This document shows, one piece after another, positions 47,518 through 55,965 of a stretch of DNA of 64,000 nucleotides. The stretch's first letter is position 1; each line of letters opens with the position of its first letter. The translations under genes and the position numbers were made by a program. Location of the stretch: assembly GCA_013203315.1 (NCBI GenBank), contig JABMQJ010000018.1, positions 1 to 64,000 of the forward strand, given 5' to 3'. This stretch comes from Candidatus Omnitrophota bacterium. Its GTDB lineage: Bacteria > Omnitrophota > Gorgyraeia > JABMRN01 > RBG-13-46-9. The notes under the pieces were generated by a model, which searched no databases, had not been told where the DNA came from, and was given only the letters and a program-made list of their open reading frames with translations.

Positions 47518-48849
47518 ATGAAAAAAATATTATTAATTATGCAATCCCCCGTAAACAAAGAGAATTACATTAACGTCTTGCCTCCTCTGGGAATATTATA
47601 CATTTGCTCTTTTCTTAAATCCAAAGATATACCCTCAGATATCATTGACTACAATGTGTCGAATATCGATTATTCTGTGGTTCAGGATTATGACTTGATA
47701 GGTTTTAGCATAAACTGTGCAAATATTACCAATACCCTAAACATGGCAAAGGCTATCAAAAAGCAATATGGCAAGGAAATAATCGTAGGTGGTCCTCAGG
47801 TAACGGGTGATCCGACATTTTTCTTAGACAAGGACTATATCGATGGTGCAGTTGTTGGTGAAGGAGAACACGCCTTATATGAATATTTAATAAAAGGAAA
47901 AGTAGTACCAGGTTTGTATTTAAAAGAAAAAAATAAAAAAATAGTTTTTGGAGAACCACGTCCAGGTAATAAAAACTTAGATTCCTTACCGTTTCCGGCT
48001 TTCGATAAGATTGATATAAGAAAATATAATACGGTTCCCAAAAAAAGAAATCCAGTCTCGACAATAGTTACATCCAGAGGTTGTCCGTTTAAGTGTATAT
48101 TTTGTTTTCATTCGTTGGGATATTCATTCAGGTCACGTAGTGCCGAGAATATTGTTGATGAGATAGAGTGGCAGGTCAAAAATTTTGGTGTAAAAGAAAT
48201 TTGTTTTCTAGATGATAATCTAAGCCTGGATATCAATAGAGCGAAAAAAATATTCAAAGGTATCATAGATAAGAATCTCGATGTAGTGTTTCAGATACAC
48301 AACGGTATCAGGGTAGATAAGGTAGATGACGAGTTGTTAAGCTTGATGAAACAAGCAAGATTATGGTTTATGATTATATGCCCCGAAAGCGGCGACTCGA
48401 AAACCATAGAATTGATAAAAAAAGGATTTGATAAAGAAATTGTTAGAAAAGTTGTTAAAACCAGTAAGAAAATGGGATTTTTTACATATGCCTGTTTTAT
48501 GATTGGATTCCCATGGGAAACCGAAGAACGCATAAAGAGAACCGTTGATTTCGCCAAAGAATTAGACACAGATATGGTACAATTCTCGAGGGTAACCGCA
48601 TTCCCTGGAACTGAATTATACGATATGTGTAATTTAAATTATAAAATAGAAAAAGATAGCGGCTTATTCTACGGTGATCCCAGATTCAATATAAGCAAGT
48701 TAACTGATTCCAGAATAAATCAAATAATTAAAGAAGCATATAGAAAGTGTTATTTAAAACCAAGAAAGATACTAAAATTATTAACATCTTTGAAATGGCG
48801 AAACGTATACTTATTAGCAAAATATTCTGTAACAACCAAGAGCATCTAA
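47518..48849 (+). CDS. cobalamin-binding radical SAM protein
   Basis: PPLGILYI, VGGPQVT, GEGE, TSRGCPFKCIFC, PESG, FMIGFPWET, AFPGT.LY. Confidence 0.9.
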   Translation: MKKILLIMQSPVNKENYINVLPPLGILYICSFLKSKDIPSDIIDYNVSNIDYSVVQDYDLIGFSINCANITNTLNMAKAIKKQYGKEIIVGGPQVTGDPTFFLDKDYIDGAVVGEGEHALYEYLIKGKVVPGLYLKEKNKKIVFGEPRPGNKNLDSLPFPAFDKIDIRKYNTVPKKRNPVSTIVTSRGCPFKCIFCFHSLGYSFRSRSAENIVDEIEWQVKNFGVKEICFLDDNLSLDINRAKKIFKGIIDKNLDVVFQIHNGIRVDKVDDELLSLMKQARLWFMIICPESGDSKTIELIKKGFDKEIVRKVVKTSKKMGFFTYACFMIGFPWETEERIKRTVDFAKELDTDMVQFSRVTAFPGTELYDMCNLNYKIEKDSGLFYGDPRFNISKLTDSRINQIIKEAYRKCYLKPRKILKLLTSLKWRNVYLLAKYSVTTKSI

Positions 48850-48855
48850 TCCAAA

Positions 48856-49986
48856 ATGGTACATAATTGGATAGAAGATATTAACAAATTTCGCGATGTC
48901 AGTAACGATTGGGATAAAGCCCTTATCGCATCTGATAACTACAATCCTTTTTTACTTTCGGATTTTCTAATAACGTGGTGGAAATATTATTCCAAGGGGC
49001 ATAGGCTGGCGATTTTTGTCCTTTACGAAAAAGGCAGCATTATCGGCGGCATACCGCTTTACATCAGAAAAAGCAGTATTCGTACAGGTTTTGCCAATGT
49101 GCTATTTTACGTTGGGGACGTAGCGGCCAATCATACGGAACCTTTTTTTGCGAGCAAGAAAGAATCTTTCTTACATGTCCTCACCGAGGCCCTGGCGCAA
49201 AGAAAAGATTGGGATGCGTTGCATCTTAAAAACGTTCGTTCCGGAAACCGTATGCTCTCGGAACATAAAAACAACGCATTTCTTAATAAATTTTCCATTT
49301 ATGAAATACAAGACCACTTCGATTGGTCGATTGATATTTCGATGGGAAAGGGTGAATACCTTGCCTTCGTTTCGAAGAAATTAAAAAGAGATTTAAGATC
49401 TAAACGGCGATTCGCAACAAAAAATTACGGCGAGATATCCTTGAAGCAAATGAAAGGCACCGAAGAAATAGAGCGCCTTTTTGATCTCTACGTAAAATTT
49501 TCCATTAATGCCTTTGCTTCCAGAGACGTGAAAAGTAATTTTAAAAACTCAGAATATTGCGGCTTTTTCAAAGAATTTTTAGCGCTTATGGAAGAAAAAG
49601 GCAGGCTATATGCTCACGCGCTTTTAGCCGGCGAAAAAGTCCTCGCAATAAGCTTTGCCTACCGCTTTGGCAAGGGATTTAAGTGGATATTAAACGCCTT
49701 TGATTATGAATATCGATACGTGAGGCCCGGATATCTTTTAATCGAGGAATTGATTGAGAAAATTGAGAAACTTGGCGAAACCGAATATAACTGGTATGGA
49801 CATGAGAGGTTCTATAAAACGCAGTGGTGCAACAAAAAGACCCCGCTCTCACAGTTTCTTATAATTGACAAGACACTTGCCGGGCAGCGTTACAGGGCAC
49901 GACAGCTTGTCGAACGTGCGCTAAAATCGAACAAAACCGCCAGGAACCTAATCCGAAGCTTAAGAAAAGTGACACCTACCGTCTAA
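48856..49986 (+). CDS. GNAT-family acyltransferase, CelD/BcsL-like
   Basis: NPFL...FL..WW, L.RDL..K.R, YRYVRPG.LL..LI, YKTQW. Confidence 0.75.
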   Translation: MVHNWIEDINKFRDVSNDWDKALIASDNYNPFLLSDFLITWWKYYSKGHRLAIFVLYEKGSIIGGIPLYIRKSSIRTGFANVLFYVGDVAANHTEPFFASKKESFLHVLTEALAQRKDWDALHLKNVRSGNRMLSEHKNNAFLNKFSIYEIQDHFDWSIDISMGKGEYLAFVSKKLKRDLRSKRRFATKNYGEISLKQMKGTEEIERLFDLYVKFSINAFASRDVKSNFKNSEYCGFFKEFLALMEEKGRLYAHALLAGEKVLAISFAYRFGKGFKWILNAFDYEYRYVRPGYLLIEELIEKIEKLGETEYNWYGHERFYKTQWCNKKTPLSQFLIIDKTLAGQRYRARQLVERALKSNKTARNLIRSLRKVTPTV

Positions 49987-50005
49987 GCTACTTCCAATTT
50001 ATGTA

Positions 50006-50034
50006 TTGTCACAAAAGGCTCCTTATGCTACAAT
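50006..50034 (+). promoter_or_regulatory. sigma70-type promoter with extended -10
   Basis: TTGTCA (50006-50011), 17-nt spacer ending in TGc, then TACAAT (50029-50034). It lies in the largest true intergenic gap (49987-50089); a second TATAAT is at 50054-50059. Confidence 0.7.
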
Positions 50035-50089
50035 ATCCTTTCGCTATTGTGTATATAATGCTATATATTAGCTACATATAGGGGCAAAT

Positions 50090-51937
50090 ATGCTGCATGG
50101 GAAGAACATAATCTGCATATCTTCAATTGACTGGGACTTTATCTGGCAGGGCCACCAGGAGATAATGTCGGTCCTTGCCAAAAACGGAAATCGAGTTCTT
50201 TTCATAGAGAACACGGGTGTTCGCATACCGACAATAAAGGATACCGATAGGCTCTGGAAGCGATTTAGTAACTGGAAAAAGGGCTATAAGGGTATCCGTA
50301 AACTACGCGACAATCTATACGTATATTCACCGCTTGTAGCGCCTTTCCCGTATCTGAAACCCGCCATAAAACTTAATAAATTCTTAATGCTGTCTGTCAT
50401 CAAAAGATGGATGAAGGTGATGGAGTTTCACGATCCTGTTGTGTGGACTTTTTTGCCTACGCCGCTGGTGCTGGATATGGTGGATGAACTGGACCCAAGC
50501 ATTTTCATTTATTATTGCATAGACGATTTTAGCTCAAGCTCTGAGGGCGCAAGGGGCATTAAAAAAATAGAAAGAAAAGTCTTTAAAAGGGCAGATTTAG
50601 TCTTCGTGACATCACACAAGCTATATGAATACGCTGCCTCAGAGAACAAGGAAACGCACCTGTTTCCTTTTGGCGTTAGTGTGGATAATTATAACAAGGC
50701 CCGGGAAAGTGATACAGCTATACCAGCGGAAATGCGCGACATAAAAAAACCGATTATCGGTTACGTGGGCGGTATACATAAATGGGTTGACATGGAACTG
50801 GTGAAAAAAATAGCAATTGCTAGAAAAGATCTATCAGTTGTTCTCATAGGGCCGAAACAGACTGATCTTTACGGCATTGATAAATTGGATAACGTATTTA
50901 TGCTGGGAAAGAAAGAACCTAAGGATCTGCCCAAGTTTGTAAAGTTTTTTGACGCGGGCATAATTCCATACCGAAAAACAAGCTATACGGAAAACGTCTA
51001 TCCTACGAAAATAAATGAATACCTGGCCATGGGAAAACCCGTTATATCTACAGAAATACCCGAAGTTCTGCGATTCGATAAAGAAAACGGAGGAGATTTT
51101 ATTTATTTCCTAAAAGACAAAAAAGACATAAATCCAGTTATAGACAGGGCGCTAGGGGAAAATAGTTCTCTCCGGAATCCTAAACGAATAAAAGTTGCAA
51201 ACCAGAATTCCTGGTTAGTCAAAATAGAGGGAATGTGTGGTCTAATAGAGAATAAGCTTAAAAACATAGAGCTGCAAATAGGCCGGGACTGGCTGGGAAG
51301 ATTCAAGGGCTTTTATGCAAGGGCCCGCAAGAAGGCGATACTGGTTGTGGGTGCAGTGGCCATCATGTATTTTGTGATATTTTACAGTCCGCTCGTATGG
51401 CTCCTGGCCGCTCCGCTTGAAATTTTTGATAGTCCGCAAAAAGCCGATGCCATAGTAGTTTTAGGAGGCGGGGTAGGCGAGACAGGTTCGCCCGGCAAGA
51501 GCACTATAGAGAGGGCGATGTTTAGCGCAGAGTTATATAAAAAAGGCCTTGCGGAATACATGATATATTCGTCCGGTTATACATGGAAATACAACGATGC
51601 GGAGAGCATGATGCAGCTTGCTGTTTCGATGGGGGTGCCGAAAAAAAATATTATTTTAGAGAAAAAAGGAGATTTCACCTATACCAATATCGAATATACG
51701 ACCGAAATTTTACGAAAGAAAAATCTTCATAAGATACTACTCGTTAGTTCATCATACAACATGAGAAGGGCATCGCTGGTTTATGAACATATCGCAAAAG
51801 ATATAAATGTAACATATGTTCCGGTTCCGAATCCACAGTTTTACCAAAGAGAAAAGAAGGTCAGGCTGGAACAAATAAAGGCAATTGTGCACGAATATCT
51901 GGGAATAATCTATTACTACCTTAAAGGCTACATTTAA
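50090..51937 (+). CDS. GT-B glycosyltransferase (TuaH-like) fused through a TM helix to a YdcF/ElyC/SanA (DUF218) domain
   Basis: SSIDWD..WQ, YYCIDD, IGYVG, P.KI.EYLAMGKPV; TM at about aa 416-443; ADAIVVLGGG, IILE....T..N, LLVSS.Y.MRRA, HEYLG. Confidence 0.85.
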   Translation: MLHGKNIICISSIDWDFIWQGHQEIMSVLAKNGNRVLFIENTGVRIPTIKDTDRLWKRFSNWKKGYKGIRKLRDNLYVYSPLVAPFPYLKPAIKLNKFLMLSVIKRWMKVMEFHDPVVWTFLPTPLVLDMVDELDPSIFIYYCIDDFSSSSEGARGIKKIERKVFKRADLVFVTSHKLYEYAASENKETHLFPFGVSVDNYNKARESDTAIPAEMRDIKKPIIGYVGGIHKWVDMELVKKIAIARKDLSVVLIGPKQTDLYGIDKLDNVFMLGKKEPKDLPKFVKFFDAGIIPYRKTSYTENVYPTKINEYLAMGKPVISTEIPEVLRFDKENGGDFIYFLKDKKDINPVIDRALGENSSLRNPKRIKVANQNSWLVKIEGMCGLIENKLKNIELQIGRDWLGRFKGFYARARKKAILVVGAVAIMYFVIFYSPLVWLLAAPLEIFDSPQKADAIVVLGGGVGETGSPGKSTIERAMFSAELYKKGLAEYMIYSSGYTWKYNDAESMMQLAVSMGVPKKNIILEKKGDFTYTNIEYTTEILRKKNLHKILLVSSSYNMRRASLVYEHIAKDINVTYVPVPNPQFYQREKKVRLEQIKAIVHEYLGIIYYYLKGYI

Positions 51938-51960
51938 CAAGCAAAGGAGGAAGGGCAGGA

Positions 51961-52461
51961 ATGAAATTACTGGACGAGAAGGGACGATTATTCGGAAAAA
52001 TTAATGTTATTGATTTTTTTATTATTACGCTTCTTGTAATCATTATTCCGGCTTTTTTTCAAGTATATAAGATAATGGGTAAGTCCCCTACGCGCATTTC
52101 TCATGAGTGGATTAAAGTTAAAGCCATAACATTTACACTGCCACACATCGCCGACCTTATCGCGCCCGGCCAGCTTGCGTCTGATGGGTTCGAGGGCGTT
52201 CGCGGAAAGATACTGAAGGTTACCAAGGCTGATAACGAATATGGCAACAAAATGAAGTCGATGATGGGAAAAAACGTTCTATCGGAATATGAATATAGAA
52301 TACCCGTGTTTTTAGAATTGGAGTTATCGTGTACCCAAAGTGCGAAAGGCGAATCGTGGTACTACAATAGAATACCGATAGTTGTCGGCATGGAAAAGAT
52401 TCTTTACTTCACTACCGATAAATATGAGATACAGTGTTATACTCTAGAGGTCGAAGAATGA
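51961..52461 (+). CDS. DUF4330-like membrane-anchored protein
   Basis: MKLLDEKGRLFGKINVID followed by a TM helix; SD GGAGG. Confidence 0.7.
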   Translation: MKLLDEKGRLFGKINVIDFFIITLLVIIIPAFFQVYKIMGKSPTRISHEWIKVKAITFTLPHIADLIAPGQLASDGFEGVRGKILKVTKADNEYGNKMKSMMGKNVLSEYEYRIPVFLELELSCTQSAKGESWYYNRIPIVVGMEKILYFTTDKYEIQCYTLEVEE

Positions 52462-52784
52462 AGAGCAAACCCAGTAGGGATTTGACTAAAACTATTATAT
52501 TATATTTCCGTAGCAGCAAAACGTACGAACTTTTTGTGGCATTCAATCAATTTTTTAGAGAAATATTGAAAGCAAAAAACACAAGTTGCACTATCAATTT
52601 TCTAAAAAAACTGGGAAAACAAATAACATTAAAAGACGTTGGGGTATTCGTTATTCTAACGGTTTTATTTAATACGGCGGCAAGATTTGCGTTAAACGGG
52701 ACGTTCGACATATTTTCAATCTCGTCCAGAATTTTCTTCCTTTTCCTGGGTTTAGTTTTATTTTTTAGTAGAAAGCAAAAATGA
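52458..52784 (+). CDS. hypothetical small membrane protein
   Basis: ATGA-coupled at both ends; two C-terminal hydrophobic segments. Confidence 0.6.
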   Translation: MKSKPSRDLTKTIILYFRSSKTYELFVAFNQFFREILKAKNTSCTINFLKKLGKQITLKDVGVFVILTVLFNTAARFALNGTFDIFSISSRIFFLFLGLVLFFSRKQK

Positions 52785-53968
52785 AAAAGTTGAAAATACT
52801 GCGAATAATAACAAGGCTGAATATTGGCGGGCCCGCCATACATGCAGCGCTTCTTACAAAAGAGTTTAACAACGGTGAGTTTGAATCAAGGCTTTTGTGT
52901 GGGCGTATTTCCGAGAAGGAAGGCGATATGGGGTATGTTGCCCGTGATTACGGCGTAGATCCTATCTACATATCATCGCTCAGAAGGGAAATTAGCCCTT
53001 TTTCCGATATTGCGGCATTTTTTCGCATCGCTTTCGTTATGCTAAGAATTAGGCCCGATATTGTCCACACACATACGGCAAAGGCAGGTACCCTAGGTCG
53101 CATTGCGGCTGTACTGACAGGGGTGCCCGTAAAAATTCATACGTTCCACGGTAACGTGTTTCAGGGGTATTTCAAGACTTCCGAAGCAAGGTTTTTTATG
53201 TTCACAGAACGCTTGCTAGCTAAATTCACGGATGCGATTATAGCGATATCCCCAAGTCAAAAAAAAGATATAGTAGAGAAATACCGAATAACAGAAGAGA
53301 AAAAATGCCACGTTATTCAACTAGGGTTTGACCTGCAAAAGTTCTTAAATCCGGGCCAGAAGCGGAAAGCCTTCCGTGAAAAATACAAGCTTAAAGATAA
53401 CGATATTTTCGTTGGTATAATAGGCCGCCTTGTCCCGATAAAAAACCATAAAATGTTTATCGATGCGGTTTATCACATGAATAAGAATGCCACAGAGAAC
53501 CTGGCAGACAGAATGAAATTTGCCATAATAGGGGATGGTTACATGAAAGAGGAGGTTCTGGCGTACAGTAAGTTCAGGGGACTTGCAGATAAGATATTGT
53601 GTATTGGTTGGGCCCGGGACATCGATGAGGTTTACGCAGGATTGGACATCGTCGCGCTTACATCGATAAACGAAGGCACGCCCGTAAGCCTAATAGAAGC
53701 AATGTCTTCAGAGAAGCCCGTAGTGTCTACCGACGTCGGTGGCGTAAAAGACGCACTCGGAGAGGCGGGGATTCTTGTAAAAAGCGAAGACTATAAACGT
53801 TTGGGTGTGGAAATATCCCTGCTTGCAGCATCTCCCGAAAAAAGAGAAAAACTTGGACGTCTTGGCAGGGATTTTGTGAAAACGAGATTCTCAAAAGAAC
53901 GGCTCGTATCGGAATTAAAAGAACTCTATAAAGATTTAATGTCAAAAAAGAGAGGAACAAAAGCATGA
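52781..53968 (+). CDS. GT4 glycosyltransferase
   Basis: ITRLNIGGP, PDIVHTHTAKAG, HTFHG, GRL.PIKN, S.NEGTP.SLIEAM, TDVGG. Confidence 0.92.
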   Translation: MKKLKILRIITRLNIGGPAIHAALLTKEFNNGEFESRLLCGRISEKEGDMGYVARDYGVDPIYISSLRREISPFSDIAAFFRIAFVMLRIRPDIVHTHTAKAGTLGRIAAVLTGVPVKIHTFHGNVFQGYFKTSEARFFMFTERLLAKFTDAIIAISPSQKKDIVEKYRITEEKKCHVIQLGFDLQKFLNPGQKRKAFREKYKLKDNDIFVGIIGRLVPIKNHKMFIDAVYHMNKNATENLADRMKFAIIGDGYMKEEVLAYSKFRGLADKILCIGWARDIDEVYAGLDIVALTSINEGTPVSLIEAMSSEKPVVSTDVGGVKDALGEAGILVKSEDYKRLGVEISLLAASPEKREKLGRLGRDFVKTRFSKERLVSELKELYKDLMSKKRGTKA

Positions 53969-54933
53969 GAGCACTAGTTACAGGAGGAGCGGGTTTTATA
54001 GGAAGCCATCTTTCCGAGGCCCTTCTAAAGAAAAAACATGAAGTTTATGTTGTCGATAATTTATCCACCGGCAGTATCAAAAACATAAAGCGCCTGAAAA
54101 AAAGAAAGGCGTTCCATTTTCACATTGACGACATAATGAATGAGAAAATAATGAAGCGGCTAATCAAGAAGGTCGATGTTATTTTTCATCTGGCAGCCGC
54201 TGTCGGTGTTAAATATATTCTGGATAATCCCCTGGAATCAATAAGAACGAATGTCAAGGGCACCGAAGTAATTTTAGAATTCGCCAATTCCCTGGGAAAG
54301 AAAAAAGTCTTTTTAGCTTCCACATCGGAAATCTACGGAAAGAACCAGGACGGAGCCGCATCGTTTAAAGAGACCGATGACAGGCTTTTGGGTTCCACGA
54401 CCAAGTGGAGATGGAGCTATTCCTGCACGAAGGCGCTGGACGAATTTTTAGCACTTGCCTATCACAGAGAAAAGGAGTTGCCTGTTACGATAGCGAGGTT
54501 TTTTAATACATGCGGTCCCAGACAGAGCGGCCGTTACGGTATGGTCATACCGCGTCTCATTAAGCAAGCACTCATGAATAAGCCGCTCACCGTATACGGA
54601 GACGGAAAGCAGACGCGATGTTTTTTGTATGTAGATGATGCGGTAAATGCAATTCTAGGATTGGTTGAAAAAAAGAAAGCATTGGGAGAAATTTTCAATA
54701 TAGGAAATCCAAGAAGCATATCTATACTTGACCTCGCAGAAAAAATTAAAAAGTTTACGGGGTCCTCGTCCAAAATTGAGTTTGTCCCGTATGAAAAGGC
54801 GTACGAGAAGGGATTTGAGGACATGCGCCATAGAAAGCCGGACATCTCCAAGATAAAAGCGCTTTTGAAATTCTCTCCCAAGGTTGATATGGATGAATTG
54901 TTGAAAAGAACAGTAACTTATTTTCAAAAATAA
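53965..54933 (+). CDS. NAD-dependent nucleotide-sugar epimerase/dehydratase
   Basis: LVTGGAGFIGSHL, HLAAAVGV, STSEIYG, YSCTK, R.FNT.GPRQ, GDG.QTR.F. Confidence 0.9.
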   Translation: MRALVTGGAGFIGSHLSEALLKKKHEVYVVDNLSTGSIKNIKRLKKRKAFHFHIDDIMNEKIMKRLIKKVDVIFHLAAAVGVKYILDNPLESIRTNVKGTEVILEFANSLGKKKVFLASTSEIYGKNQDGAASFKETDDRLLGSTTKWRWSYSCTKALDEFLALAYHREKELPVTIARFFNTCGPRQSGRYGMVIPRLIKQALMNKPLTVYGDGKQTRCFLYVDDAVNAILGLVEKKKALGEIFNIGNPRSISILDLAEKIKKFTGSSSKIEFVPYEKAYEKGFEDMRHRKPDISKIKALLKFSPKVDMDELLKRTVTYFQK

Positions 54934-54939
54934 CAGGTT

Positions 54940-55965
54940 ATGATTACAACGCAAGACATATTCGGCGCGTTTTTTATAGCGATTATAATATCTTACGGCT
55001 TTACGCCCCTTGCAAGGCAAATAGCTTTTAAGATAAAATTGTTGGACCACCCTAGCTCTAAGAAGTCGCATGCGCACCCTACGCCTCTTTTGGGAGGGCT
55101 TTCGATACTTCTGGCCTTTTTTACGGCTGTTTTCTTTACCACTAACATCAATAGCCAAATGTACGGTATTTTAGCAGGGGGCATAATTCTTATGACCCTG
55201 GGCATGATTGATGACAAACTCGGCATGATGCCAAAAATGAAGCTCTCGGGACAAATCTTGGCAGCGCTTATTGTATACAAAGCAGGCGTCAGGGTTATTA
55301 CGTTTGAAGACTATTACGTAAGCATGTTTTTTACGGTTTTTTGGATTGTGGGTATCACGAACGCTTTTAACCTTCTGGATAATTTAAACGGTCTTTCAAG
55401 CGGTATTGCTGGCATTTCCGCTATTTTCTTTGGTGTAATGGCCCTATTAAATTCCCAGGTTTATGTTGCGGTTCTTGCATTTGCTTTAGCAGGGGCGTGC
55501 TTCGGATTTTTGAAACATAATTTCCCGGAAGCGAAGATTTTCATGGGAGATTCCGGCAGCATGTTCCTGGGTTTCACGTTGGCATGCATAGCAATACTAG
55601 GAAGCTGGGAAACCGAAAAGATAAGCCTGTCTTTCTGCCTGCCTATTCTTGTTCTCGGATATCCGATTTTTGACACGACACTGGTTACATTCTTAAGAAT
55701 CAAAGAAAAAAGGTCTATTTTTATAGGCGGTAAGGATCATTCATCACATATACTTGCGTCACTGGGATTTAAGAAAAAAAGAGCGGTCGTGCTCATATAT
55801 GTTATATGCATGATGCTCGGCCTTGCTGCGTTTCTAATATCGGTCTTTTCTCTTGCAATAGGTACGACGATATTTGTGATTACTACTTTAAGCATGTTCG
55901 GTTTCGGTATCTATCTATGGATTATACGCTCAAAAAGCGCCAAATTACGGAGAAAGCACAAGTAA
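54940..55965 (+). CDS. wecA: undecaprenyl-phosphate N-acetylhexosamine-1-phosphate transferase (WecA/TagO, MraY family)
   Basis: H..PTP.LGG, G.IDD, NAFNL.DNLNG, NFP.AKIFMGDSG, P.FDT, DHSSH. Confidence 0.9.
   Translation: MITTQDIFGAFFIAIIISYGFTPLARQIAFKIKLLDHPSSKKSHAHPTPLLGGLSILLAFFTAVFFTTNINSQMYGILAGGIILMTLGMIDDKLGMMPKMKLSGQILAALIVYKAGVRVITFEDYYVSMFFTVFWIVGITNAFNLLDNLNGLSSGIAGISAIFFGVMALLNSQVYVAVLAFALAGACFGFLKHNFPEAKIFMGDSGSMFLGFTLACIAILGSWETEKISLSFCLPILVLGYPIFDTTLVTFLRIKEKRSIFIGGKDHSSHILASLGFKKKRAVVLIYVICMMLGLAAFLISVFSLAIGTTIFVITTLSMFGFGIYLWIIRSKSAKLRRKHK

Noticed and set aside
10191-48849. Radical SAM cluster as a RiPP or antibiotic gene cluster
   Set aside because: No clear precursor peptide, peptidase, RRE domain or NRPS/PKS is present; the context is LPS-type (WecA, WaaL, GT9).
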